DNA of 34,345 bases, taken from the NCBI RefSeq assembly GCF_001194135.2, contig NC_068997.1, forward strand, positions 42,710,909 through 42,745,253. The letters are read 5' to 3'. The position numbers were made by a program, and so were the translations under genes. This document shows, one piece after another, positions 1 through 11,329 of this stretch. Under the pieces are notes generated by a model. The model was not told where the DNA came from, searched no databases, and saw only the letters and a list, made by a program, of their open reading frames with translations. The stretch's first letter is position 1; each line of letters opens with the position of its first letter. This DNA is from Octopus bimaculoides. Lineage: Eukaryota.

Positions 1-39
1 ACAAACAGATCAACATACAGACGGATAGGTACATAGATT

Positions 40-500
40 ATATGAACAGACAAGCACACATACGCAAATGGAGATTGAAACACATGACCATATATACACA
101 CGCACATTTTTACTTCACACAAAGACACATATGGAGACACGTGTCCACACATATGGAGATGCACATCCATACATACAAACATGGTACATAGTTGCAAAAC
201 ACACACACACACACAGACATGCACACACAAGGAGACAGAGGTGCATACATATACAAACACACGCACACATACATACATAAAAAATGGACATGCAAGCACG
301 GACATTCAAGCACATGAATATGCAGAATACATGCATACAGATGCACACACATACATACATATATACATATGCATATACACATATATACATACACACACAT
401 GCATACATATATGCATACATACATGCATAGGCATAGACACACACACACACTGACCCACACACACACTGACCCACACACATGCACACAAACAAACAAGAAA
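40..500. repeat. Degenerate (CA)n/(TA)n/(CATA)n compound microsatellite
   Basis: Continuous ACAC/ATAC/ACAT low-complexity sequence; the H/T/I/Y- and C/V/M-rich ORFs here are its translations. Confidence 0.95.
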
Positions 501-704
501 GAACGCAGCTTGAATAGCGGACAGAGTCAAGAATATTGAAAGGTTGCAAGACGCAACGAAAATTTTAGGAAAATGAAAATAAGGAATAAGTGGAAAATTT
601 ACCAGTGAGTGTGTTAAATTATAAGGCACAAAAAGAAAATGACTCTCCCCAAACACAACAGAATATGCTTCAACGCACGAACTCACATAAAGAATCCAAA
701 AACG

Positions 705-742
<38 letters not shown>

Positions 743-744
<2 letters not shown>

Positions 745-947
745 CGGAGATGTACTTGCATAGCAAGTGACCTGATCTGAGATCGTGTGCTGGAACGAAA
801 ACAATTGCAGCGTGGAAGGTGTTTATAAGCCATTTAAGAAAGACACAAGAACCGTTAGATTCACTTCAACATCTAAATTTAATTTGCCAAAATATTTTCG
901 TCGCTTTGAGACTGCGACTTGTTCACTGACAAAATTTCGTGCTGCAT

Positions 948-984
<37 letters not shown>

Positions 985-1040
985 TCAGGTTTGGTAGGTG
1001 AGTTCCGCAAGAAATTTAGATTCAGGTGAATATGGTACTT
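743..1040 (-). mobile_element. Penelope-like element terminal (pLTR-like) relic, interrupted by (TA)n, carrying a hammerhead-like motif
   Basis: Non-coding AT-rich segment between (TA)n tracts at ~706-742 and ~955-982 that contains a minimal hammerhead fold at 883-933. PLE attribution is inferred from the known PLE-hammerhead association. Confidence 0.5.
883..933 (-). ncRNA. Minimal type I hammerhead-ribozyme-like motif, variant core G3:C8
   Basis: Minus strand reads UUUGUCA-GUGAACA-A-GUCGC-aguCucaaa-GCGAC-GAA-AAUAUU-U-UGGCAAA: 7-bp stem I, 5-bp stem II, GAA, palindromic stem III. Confidence 0.6.
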
Positions 1041-1309
1041 AAGTTTAGGCACCAGAATTTAGTATGATATTATCCATACAGTTTCAAAATAAGGTGATTA
1101 AAATCAAAATAAGCAACAAGGATATCCAGGTTCTAATGAAAGTCCTGTGGAATTTCTTGCACGGTTTCTGAGAGTACTTTTTCAATATTTACTGTAAAAT
1201 ATTAATTTTTACTTCATATTGTAATATCTTTTCTTTCTATGAAGATTACTTTCTATCATGGTGGTCAAATTCGTATCGATTTTACTCTTTTAAAGCGAAT
1301 TTGTGTAAG

Positions 1310-2260
1310 ACCTGTATCAGACACATCATGGTGCGTGAATTCAAAAGGGGCTTTTCATCAATGCAAATGACAAGAAATATTCGTTCTGTTTAGAGAAATG
1401 AAGATTTTATTGTATGGACAGGTCAAGGATGGTTTCGCCAGTTACACTCAGGAAATGTTTCTCTTACAAATTATCTCCCTTGATCTGGACAACAAAGTCA
1501 ATATTGGGTTTCTGAATACCATGATTGAGTAAAATCCAAAGCAAACTGCATGAAAATTATCAGAACATCAATGCATGTTACACATTGATCATGAAACATT
1601 CATTAACTAGAAAAAGTGTTCAAATTTCGTCAGTGGGTTTCATCATCTGACTGCTTAATCTAATCAAAGAGTATCCTTCTGCTCATCATTAAAACGTAGA
1701 CTTGCTGCTGAGTATATCCTGGGTAAAACCATCGCAAGTGAAAAATATTTTCTCTATATTATATCCAACAAAAACGATAATGATAAAAGGAGAATCCATC
1801 CCCAAGCCAGGATAACCCTGAAAAAGTTATGCTCTATGTTTGGTGAGATATGAAAAGTTTCCTCTATCATAAAGTGTAAAACAAGAGCGTAACAGATAAT
1901 ACTGAGAAGTTGTATCGTCAGTTGAAAACATTGTCAAAACTTGGCAGAAAAAGCGCCTATCATTGGTCATTTGTAATGGGTTGTTGCTCTTATAAGATAA
2001 TGTAAGACTACATATTGTCCAAGTCACTAGGCCAAAGATTATGACAGTAAATATGGAAGTTTTGCCTCAGCTTCCTTAATCTGCTGACTTTGCACCATCA
2101 GACAGTTATCTTTTCAGATCATTGTAACGTTATTTCTAAGAAAAAAAAAAAAGACAGTTTATAAATTTTGAAGAGGTTAAAAGTGATAATGAGTGTATTT
2201 TGCTTCGAAACCTGAAGAGTTTTAATCCAGACAGATCAACAATTTTGCCAAAGAGATGAG
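1310..2260 (+). pseudogene. Decayed mariner (DD34D-type) transposase
   Basis: Frameshifted peptides HIMVREFKRG (HTH start), KVMLYVW*DMK, DNVRLH (HDNARPH-like) and EVLPQLP*SADFAPSDSYLFRSL (YSPDLAPSDY-like, ~2056-2125), then FASKPEEF...LPKR. TIRs not identified. Confidence 0.9.
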
Positions 2261-2318
2261 ATTTATACTTATATGTATGTGTGTGTGTATTTATATATGT
2301 ATATATACATATATACAT

Positions 2319-2387
2319 GCCACTGATGAGAACTTCGCCTAGTAAATTATCTTATTTGCCAATTAGTGTTCGAAATCTAGGTATGGC
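2319..2387 (+). ncRNA. Canonical-core minimal type I hammerhead ribozyme
   Basis: GCCA-CUGAUGA-GAAC...GUUC-GAAA-UCUAGG-UA-UGGC: intact core, stem I GCCA/UGGC, stem II GAAC/GUUC, near-palindromic stem III AUCUAGGU, GUA cleavage triplet. Confidence 0.75.
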
Positions 2388-2720
2388 TGTAAAAACCAAC
2401 GTAAAAGTTTTTATTTTTCATTCCCTTTGAAATTGCTCTTAAATGTGGTTTTGGTCGATTTAAGTCACTGGTAGTGAAATTTCTACATGCAACAAACCAA
2501 ACGAAAACAAACGGTTCTAACGGCCCTCCATGCTAGTTTTCGTTTGGTTCCTTGTATGTTACCACTGTCCTGTTTTTGGTACCAACTTTGACCCTCCGCA
2601 AAATCCCCAAAATGGAGAGAGATGGAAAAGATGTGTCNNNNNNNNNNNNNNNGTGTGTGTGTGTGTATGTGTGTGTGTGTGTGTGTGTGTATGTGTGTGT
2701 GCGCGCGTGTGTGTATGTGT

Positions 2721-2941
2721 TTCTTATTTCTTTATTGCCCGCAGGGGCTAAACATAGATGGGACAGACAAAGGGATTAAGTCGATTACATCGACCCCAGT
2801 ACGTAACTGGTACCTAATTTATCGACCCCGAAAGGCTGAAAGGCAAAGTCGACTTCGGCGGAATTTGAACTCAGAACATAACGGCAGACGAAATAACGCT
2901 AAGCATTTCACCCGGCGTGCTAACGTATCTGCCAGCTCGCC
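2721..2941 (-). mobile_element. tRNA-derived SINE family A, full length (tail type 1)
   Basis: Minus strand: ggcgagctggcagatacgttagc (A-box-like), gagttcaaattcc (B-box), then gcctttcagcctttcggggtcgataaattaggtacc (resembles the Meta-SINE central domain, from recall). Several near-identical copies in the window. Confidence 0.9.
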
Positions 2942-3162
2942 GTGTGTGTGTGTTTCTGTTTGTCTCCCACCTCTCTTGACAACTGATATTGGTTTGTTTA
3001 CGTCCCCATAACTTTTCCTAACATTTCCCCGAAACAGTTCAGCAAAAAGAGAACGATAGAATAAGTACCAGGTTTTAAAGGAAAAAGACAAGAACTGGAA
3101 TCGATTTATTTGACTAAAATTCATCTAGGCCGTGCCTCAGCATGGTCGTAGATAAATGACAA
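2942..3162 (+). mobile_element. 3' half of microsatellite-containing SINE family B
   Basis: gataGAATAAGTACCAGG...tcgatttatttgactaaaa...cagcatggtc aligns by eye with 24186-24362. Confidence 0.7.
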
Positions 3163-3391
3163 AAGAAAATATATCGTGCAATATGCCACTCGAAGTACAA
3201 GCGCTACAACGCAATATTTACTGCAAACAAAAAATTGAGAAACATCCCCTGAAGAAAACAATCAAATGTTATATGTATTCCGTTAATAAAGGATCGTCGC
3301 AGATTATTGGTTTGCCAAAATAAGTTTTCATAGCAAAAGGTTGGGAACCATCGGTCTTGGGGTGAATGGTAAGTTTCGGTTTTTGTTTCTC

Positions 3392-3428
<37 letters not shown>

Positions 3429-3499
3429 TTTTTTGTGGTTGCTTTTATAGAAATGTCTGATAAAAGCGTTTGCATAGTATTACAGCCTAGATAAGTTAT

Positions 3500-4303
3500 T
3501 TGATGTTGTTATTGTGCCAAAGGTGTGGTGCGTTCAACGTTGTTGTTGAAGCGGCTAATTAGTACGTATACACGCTGGTTTGCTGTTTGTTTTCTAGTTT
3601 CATTTGGAAACAAATGTTTACTAGTTTCAAGTTTATTCTTTGGTTTATTTTCTTTGATATTTCCTTGTTTAGTTGATTGATGCCGAGTTATATTTCTGTT
3701 GTGTGTGTATCGTGTTTGCTATTGTTTTCGTGATTCTATAATGGTTGTTATCTCAGATATGTAATTGGATTGTATTTGTTTATGCTGTTTTGTGAGACAT
3801 ATTTTTTGGCGCATCTATCATTATTATGATGAACGTACGTCCATGGTCGTGGTGTTGTTGAAATCTGAAAACAATAATTCTGCTCTTTCTTTTTCTTTTT
3901 CTTTTTTTGGTGGAACGCATTCCACTGTGATTAAGACGTTTGTAAAAATGATCTTCCTTTTATTGATATGTACGTGATTTGTAACTATAATTATTAGGTG
4001 GTCTAAAGAGATTGTTTGGCGTGTGGCGATAGCATGGTGTCTGTGATTCAGATAGTGATGCCCGGTGCAGAGATGCTATTCTTGACTGTTTGATGATGTA
4101 TGTGTACATGTGTTGGTGTGGGTTGTTTAGGAATTATTGGGAGTTTAGCTGTTACTTCTTGTGTTATCTATATTGTTTAAAAGCACAGGATTGTTGAACC
4201 ATTAATGTTGGCCCTCAGAGTATGGTTTTTGTGAGAGTGTTAAAGTGTTATAGTTGGGGTAGCTAACATTATATGGCAGGAAGAAGGGTTGATGAAGTCA
4301 GCA

Positions 4304-4306
<3 letters not shown>
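3500..4306 (-). pseudogene. Decayed unidentified ORF, C-terminal part (probable TE)
   Basis: Strong G/T-rich + strand skew. Frameshifted peptides on the minus strand: EVTAKLPIIPKQPTPTH, SLHRASLSESQTPCYRHTPNN, HINKRKIIFTNVLITVECVPP, RPWTYVHHNNDRCAKKY, RKQTANQRVYVLISRFNNNVERTTPLAQ*. Confidence 0.45.
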
Positions 4307-4365
<59 letters not shown>

Positions 4366-4440
4366 ATCTACACACTCACACATACACTCACATGTATACA
4401 TATATGTGTGTGTATTCATGTATACATATATACGTATATA

Positions 4441-4479
<39 letters not shown>

Positions 4480-4485
4480 GTGTAT
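4307..4485. repeat. (TA)n/(CA)n compound microsatellite at the 3' junction of the LINE
   Basis: Directly visible. Confidence 0.95.
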
Positions 4486-4489
4486 ACAC

Positions 4490-7400
4490 CCACACTAGCT
4501 GTCCCCAATAACACTGTTTGCTGGAGCTGTACTAAACTGGGTTTTATGCCTATTTCCTCTATCCTTTTGTTCAAATCCTTAGGGATAGTTCCTAATGCAC
4601 GTATAACTACCGGAATACATTTTACCCGCACTTTCCATAGTCTCTGTAAGTCAATGACTAGGTCCTGGTACTTCGATATTTTTTCTATACCTCTTATATT
4701 GATTTTTACATCATTTGGGAGGACTGTAAAATCAATTATCTGACACTTTCTATTCTCTTTATCTAGTACTACTAAATCAGACTTTCTAGCTTCTATTACT
4801 CTGTCGGTCTGAGTGTTAAAGCCCCACAAAATTTTGTATTTCTTACCTTCTAATACTTTACTAAGTTCATGCTCATACCATTTATCAGTATGGTAAAAAT
4901 CTTAGCTTTCTACATGACTCCCAGTGGTTTACTCTCCCTAGGTTGTCATGTCTTTTCTTGTATTCTTTCTGTGCTAGCATGGTAATTCACTTACTATATG
5001 AGTAACACTTTCCTCGTTTGATTTGCATAACCTATATTGGGAATCTATTTGGTTTTTGTCTATCTTGGCTTTTGTCCAATTAGTCCTTAATTCTTGATCT
5101 TGTGCTGCTATTAAAAAAACTTTCTGTCTCCTTTTCAACCTTCATTTCTGAACCATAACCATGTCTCGCTATTACTAATTTTTGGTATTTTGCTTTCCCT
5201 AAGTCTTGCTCTGACTATAGTAGCTCTAAATAAACTTTCATTACCTACATAGGAGTCTATATCTATTCTAGATAACTCCACGCAGTCTTCTACTGATATT
5301 AGCCCTCTTCCAACTTCCTTTTTAGGTAAGTATAATATTGCTACACCTGCCCTTGGGTGGAGTCCTCCATTCATATTGAATTCCTTCCTAGTTCTTCTGT
5401 CTAGCTTTGCTAATTCAGTTTTTGTCTAATCTACAAAAGCTGCTGAGTATTTAAGTAATGATACTGTCCAAGTATTCACAGCCTTCACTAGATTCAAACC
5501 ATTTAGCTTTGACTTCATTAGCTTCCTTACCTTTCTGATTTACTCCTTCTCAATTTTCGTTTTCATTTCTATAGTTAGTACTCTGTCAGATTCTAATACT
5601 CCTAAATACTTATAACTCTCTCCTTCTTTAATGATTTTAATGTCTGACCGTCTGGTGATTGGATGCCTTCACTCTTGACTACCTGTCTCCTTTTCATGAC
5701 TAATATTTCACACTTATCTATGCCAAAGTCCATGCCTATATCTTTGCTGAAGAGTCTTACAGTCTGTATTAATGAATTTATCACTTTTTTATTCTTACTA
5801 AAAAGCTTCAGATCATTCATGTAGAGCAAATGGTTAATTTACTTACTATTTCTGAACTGACACGCTGCCTTTGCCTTCCTTAATACTAAACTGAAGGGGA
5901 TCAAACATAAGACAAATATTAAAGGGGATAATGGGCCTTCTTGGAAAGTTCCTCTCGTGATATTAACCTTCCCTAAGAGTGTGTCACCTGAGTAGAGATC
6001 TACTTCCCATTTCTTCATGTTAAAGCTAAGTAATGTTTTTATGTTTTCTGCAATACTGAATATACGCAAAATTCACTTATCCATGAGTGCGGGATCATGG
6101 CATAGGCTTTTTTATAATCTATCCATGCTATTGTTAGATTTTTCTTTCTAGCTTTTACTTAATTTAGAGCTGCCTTGTCTATGTATAGTAGATCATGCGT
6201 TCCTCTATCTTTCTTTCTGCAACCTTTTTTCCTTCTGGCAGTAAATTCTGGTTGTCAAGGTGCTCGTAAATGCTTTCTGAATGCATTCCTGTAAACAGCT
6301 TCCACACTAATGGTAAGCAAATTATTGGTCTATAATTGCTAGCTATATTACCCTTGCTCTTATCTTTTAAATTGAGTATTGTCCTCCCTCTAGTCATCCA
6401 ATCTGGTATTATTCATCCATTCAGGCAACCCTGAAGTTGTTCCCTCAGCCTTCCATGTAAACTACTAAATTTCTTTAGCCAGTACCCTTGAACTAAATCT
6501 GGTCCTGGGCCCTTCCAATTCGGCATTTTTCCTAACACTTTACTCATTAATGCACTAGTCAGTCTTAGACCTGGTTGCTTCTCACTCACTACTTCTTCGC
6601 TCACTGTCTTTAGCCATACTGCATCATCGTTATGATTGACTGGCTTATCCCAAATGTTACTCCGAAACTTACTAGCTTTTTCGGCATTAGGTATCTAATC
6701 TTCAGTATTTCTTTCTCTACTATTTATTTGGTTATAAAATCTCCTCTGGTCTGTCTCAGATAGTCTATTCTGTTGATACTCATCGATTCTTTTTCTGATA
6801 TCTGGAAAGCTTACCTGCTACTGCTATGATATCCTGTTTCAGCTCTTCCATGACCATCCCAAAATCCTTTCTCTTTGACTAAGTATCTTTTCTCAAGAGA
6901 AGATTTCAATCTTGTGTTTCCTAACTTGTTCAGTTTCCAGACTTCTATTCTACTCAGATCTTGTCTTAAAGTCTTCACTTTATTTTGTAATCTCCTTTCC
7001 CACATTTGATTTTTACAATCTTTCCTTGTGGAGTATCTAACTGAGTAACTATCACCCCACCTGCATAGATCAATAAGTTAGTGTCTCCTACATTTTGAGT
7101 ATCTATCCTTTTAATAACAGAAGCTACTTTTCTAATCATCTCTAGCAGCTTCCTTCTGTTGGTACCTTTTAATGCTGGCAATCCTTTTCTTCTTTACTTA
7201 TTACTTCCTGTAACTCATCTAAAATCGTCTGATCTTCCTCACATAAATCACTTAAATCGCTATTGCCAGTTGTCTCTTCCTTATTGGAGGCGCTATTGTT
7301 ATTTTTTTCCTTTAGGTTCTTATTTGGTTTGAGCTGTATCTCTTGTTGTTGTTTGTCTTTCCCACTGCCAGGTCTTTCTTTACCAGTTCTCTTATGGTCT

Positions 7401-7745
7401 CTCCCACCTCCAATTCTGCCATCTATTTTCTTCTCCTAACAGCATTAGCTTCATCTACTAGTCTCTGCTCAGTCATTTTAAACATACCCTTCTCTACCAA
7501 ATGTGTTAACATCCGTTTTCTGTAGCCCCTTCTTTTAACTTCGCTTTCTAAGTTGCCCTGCATCACTATCCTGTTCTCTTCGGTGGTCCACTTCCTCCTC
7601 CTTGCTCTACTATCTTCTGATGCTGTCTTAAGATAACAGCTGTGGTCAGTCTGCATCTTTGCTGAACCACTGCCGAGCGAGAAGCCTTCTCTTCAAGGTT
7701 CAACCTAATTTTCGCTGTCACAGCCAGAGTTTCTACGCTAAGTCC
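4490..7745 (-). mobile_element. R4/Dong-clade (RLE) non-LTR retrotransposon, near full-length ORF, decayed
   Basis: Ordered domains: N-term RRKWTTEENRIVM...GYRKRM; RT TRGRT..KDKSKGNIASNYRPIICLP, GTFQEGPLSPL, LYMNDLKLF; thumb GGLHPRAGVAILYLPKKEVGRGL; Zn-knuckle relic LAQKEYKKRHDNLG..HW; RLE LWGFNTQTD..ARKSDLVV..CQIID..KYQDL..LLGTA. Many stops and frameshifts. Confidence 0.95.
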
Positions 7746-7749
7746 TGTC

Positions 7750-8160
7750 TCTCATAAACTGAGGTAAGGTGACTTTCGTCGCCATCGTCATCACTGCTAT
7801 TACTTTTCGATAGTTTCAAGTAACTTTCTATTGCATTACTTGGTGCAGTTTTTGTGCTGATGACGTGTATGCTTCTTTTTTTCCCCCCGAGGAATATTGT
7901 ATTGCATCAGTATGTTTTGTTAAGGGGTTTGATTTAAATCTTTTGCTGTATTAGTTTTGTATTGTGTGTTGTTTGTGGAGTACAGGTTGTGTTCTTCTGT
8001 TGGGTATCAGGCTTCTATGGCACATGTTGTGAGCTTCGTTAATTTTACTGAGTTTATTCCTGTATGAGTTTGGAGGAGTGTTGCATAGTAGTGCGTGTAA
8101 ATCATAAACCAACCATTTCATAGCATTCATGGTTATCTGTTCCTCGTTCCTTCTTTTTTG
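7750..8160 (-). pseudogene. Decayed unidentified ORF, N-terminal part (probably the same element as 3500-4306)
   Basis: Same G/T strand skew. Minus-strand peptide MNAMKWLVYDLHALLCNTPPNSYRNKLSKINEAHNMCHRSLIPNRR, then KRSIHVISTKTAPSNAIESYL. Confidence 0.4.
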
Positions 8161-8628
8161 GTTGGTTTTGTTACGGGTCAGTCTTTACAGCGTTTATTTT
8201 TGACAGATCACCGCCCAAGGTCATGTGTTGATGTCTCTTTCGGATTTATAATCATTATTGATGTATAAGCGAGAGACCGAGAAGTAACACCAATGTGTAT
8301 ATATATTGACGACTTGTATAGGTATAGAAATTTATGTAATTAAAATTTTACTCACAGGGTTGCAGTTTCCGTATAGAGGTATTGCAGTCCATGTGCTTAC
8401 ATTTTCCCGCACATGTTGTGGTGGCGCATCTGAAGGAAGCTATATATATATACATATATANNNNNNNNNNNNNNNNNNNNNNNNNNNNNNNNNNNNNNNN
8501 NNNNNNNNNNNNNNNNNNNNNNNNNNNNNNNNNNNNNNNNNNNNNNNNNNNNNNNNNNNNNNNNNNNNNNNNNNNNNNNNNNNNNNNNNNNNNNNNNNNN
8601 NNNNNNNNNNNNNNNNNNNNNNNNNNNN

Positions 8629-8686
<58 letters not shown>

Positions 8687-8691
8687 TATTG

Positions 8692-9120
8692 AGTAAGAGA
8701 TCAGTGCATACCATCAAAGTGACAATGGGGTAAAATATACGAAGCCAAGTATACCCATTACCTTGCAGGTGGGGCCCAGTTAGAATTTCCTTCAGGTTGA
8801 GTAGCTCATCCCGCTCAAAAAGTCCCTAAACGAAACACCCACGTTTCCAAAGGTAAATTATCCAAACCCCAAATAATTCCTCTCAACACATGGCTATGAT
8901 GCTCCTCCACTACTTGAGATGCGCATATCGTCATGCTCAACTGGCTAAGGGACATACTCAACTGGTTTGAGGTCAAACAACTGACAAGCACTTCTGTGGT
9001 ATTGAGCAGAATATTTGCTATATCCCATCTTTTATATCAAGACAAAACAATGTACATGAAAACACTTTCAATCAGTTAAGATTAGAAGCCATGAGAGCCA
9101 CTGCCTGGCACTGCATCAGG

Positions 9121-9122
<2 letters not shown>
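8692..9122. mobile_element. Non-coding interspersed repeat bounded by (TTA)n and (CAT)n tracts (possible non-autonomous or UTR piece of an RLE LINE)
   Basis: Complex ~430-bp island with sharp borders between two trinucleotide tracts; family identity from recall only. Confidence 0.45.
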
Positions 9123-9123
<1 letters not shown>

Positions 9124-9195
<72 letters not shown>

Positions 9196-10062
9196 NNNNN
9201 NNNNNNNNNNNNNNNNNNNNNNNNNNNNNNNNNNNNNNNNNNNNNNNNNNNNNNNNNNNNNNNNNNNNNNNNNNNNNNNNNNNNNNNNNNNNNNNNNNNN
9301 NNNNNNNNNNNNNNNNNNNNNNNNNNNNNNNNNNNNNNNNNNNNNNNNNNNNNNNNNNNNNNNNNNNNNNNNNNNNNNNNNNNNNNNNNNNNNNNNNNNN
9401 NNNNNNNNNNNNNNNNNNNNNNNNNNNNNNNNNNNNNNNNNNNNNNNNNNNNNNNNNNNNNNNNNNNNNNNNNNNNNNNNNNNNNNNNNNNNNNNNNNNN
9501 NNNNNNNNNNNNNNNNNNNNNNNNNNNNNNNNNNNNNNNNNNNNNNNNNNNNNNNNNNNNNNNNNNNNNNNNNNNNNNNNNNNNNNNNNNNNNNNNNNNN
9601 NNNNNNNNNNNNNNNNNNNNNNNNNNNNNNNNNNNNNNNNNNNNNNNNNNNNNNNNNNNNNNNNNNNNNNNNNNNNNNNNNNNNNNNNNNNNNNNNNNNN
9701 NNNNNNNNNNNNNNNNNNNNNNNNNNNNNNNNNNNNNNNNNNNNNNNNNNNNNNNNNNNNNNNNNNNNNNNNNNNNNNNNNNNNNNNNNNNNNNNNNNNN
9801 NNNNNNNNNNNNNNNNNNNNNNNNNNNNNNNNNNNNNNNNNNNNNNNNNNNNNNNNNNNNNNNNNNNNNNNNNNNNNNNNNNNNNNNNNNNNNNNNNNNN
9901 NNNNNNNNNNNNNNNNNNNNNNNNNNNNNNNNNNNNNNNNNNNNNNNNNNNNNNNNNNNNNNNNNNNNNNNNNNNNNNNNNNNNNNNNNNNNNNNNNNNN
10001 NNNNNNCTTCTTCTTCTTCTTCTTCTTCTTCTTCTTCTTCTTCTTCTTCTTCTTCTTCTTCT
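9124..10062. repeat. (CAT)n - assembly gap - (CTT)n
   Basis: Directly visible; source of the poly-H/S/M/R ORF artefacts. Confidence 0.95.
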
Positions 10063-10208
10063 ATAAAAAGATAGAAGCAGTAAGTTCACGCCATTAATCA
10101 TGCAAATCCGAGGAAAAGGAATAAAGGGAAGTCGAAACAACAAGTCTAAGACTAGAAAGAATATGAAGTGTTGCACGGGAGGAAAAAGAAAAGGCAAATA
10201 AGAGTGAG

Positions 10209-10274
<66 letters not shown>

Positions 10275-10689
10275 AAGGAAAGAAAATGTAGAAGAAATGA
10301 ATTAGAAGAAAAAAATGCAGACGAGAAAATGATGAGAAAGAAAGATATGACATCACCAACGACAAATAACGGCAAAACAAACAAACAAAGGAAAAGAAAC
10401 AGGAAGACAATATAAAATTGACGAAAGAAGAAAAAATATTAAAAATAGAAAAACAAATATAGAAAAATAAAATAGTACCATCAACGGCAACAAGAAAAAG
10501 AAAGAGAAGAAGACAGGAAGGCTAATTGAGGTTTCATATTGAATGATGTAAAATATTTATTTGTCAATTCTGACAGCTTGGCCTTTTTAGTGTGATAAAT
10601 TAGAGAATAGGTGATATTGGCAGACATAATAGAGCCACCAACGCCTGCGCCACTGCCGCCTCTCTAATATGTTAACTCTCGTTCGACGG

Positions 10690-10948
10690 ATCAACGACAA
10701 AACCTTTACGAGGCTGCTCGATTTGTTAGAAATAGCAACCGAATTTCAATGGAATTATATACTTTAGTGGTATAAAAGGACATTGGTTAATCTGGTCCTG
10801 CTTCCTTACAAACAAAGAATAAAACAAAACAAAACAAAAACGGTGGGATGATCATGGTGGGAATATCTTTGGTTATAGGTCTGCTTGTTCAGGGCTGACA
10901 TGGGACTAAACAGCAGAGGCTGTTGCAACAACAACAACAACAACAACA
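10690..10948 (+). mobile_element. SINE/LINE 3'-tail repeat ending in (CAA)n, copy 1
   Basis: tgttagaaatagcaacc...ataggtctgcttgttcagggctgacatgggactaaac...(caa)n; homologous to 10985-11130 and, inverted, to 11330-11475. Confidence 0.6.
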
Positions 10949-10984
10949 CTGTTGTATGATGTTAGTTTGGTGCAATGTTTGTTA

Positions 10985-11130
10985 TTTCTGTCTTAAAATG
11001 GAAGAGGTATATTGAAAATGTAATCTTAGGATTTACGGTGTTTGAGATAAAAAATACTCTATGGTCATGTACGGATTGTCTATTATCAAAAGCCTGCTCA
11101 CTCAGCGTCGACTAAACAACAACAACGACG
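10985..11130 (+). mobile_element. Same 3'-tail repeat, copy 2 (more diverged)
   Basis: atggtcatg...aaaagcctgctcactcagcgtcgactaaacaacaacaac matches the end of copy 1. Confidence 0.5.
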
Positions 11131-11329
11131 ACGACGACGACTACAGCAAAAACTACAACTTCAACAATAAAACCTTCCGCCCACTTCAAAGTGAGGGAGT
11201 TCCTACACGATTGATCGCTCTGCAAATTTCCCACAAATCACTTTGTATCGTGTTAATAAACGAAGTACATCTTTGGCTATATTGCTGTTTAACTTCATAT
11301 CATTCCTGCCCTGGAATACTTATCATCAA

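Noticed and set aside
68-833. ORFs rich in H/T/Y/I or C/V/M (also near 16.0-17.6, 22.3-23.2, 26.5, 27.6-28.6 and 29.3 kb)
   Set aside because: They are translations of dinucleotide and tetranucleotide microsatellites and N-gaps.
3244-3290. cccCTGAAGAaaac...gtt hammerhead-like start
   Set aside because: No GAAA after the putative stem II and no stem I partner.
7661-7745. Structured LINE 5' end (gctgaacc/ggttcaac stem enclosing gagaag/cttctc), considered as an HDV-like ribozyme as known for some R2/R4 elements
   Set aside because: I could not build the nested double pseudoknot (P1, P1.1, P2, P3) by eye; it needs a descriptor search.
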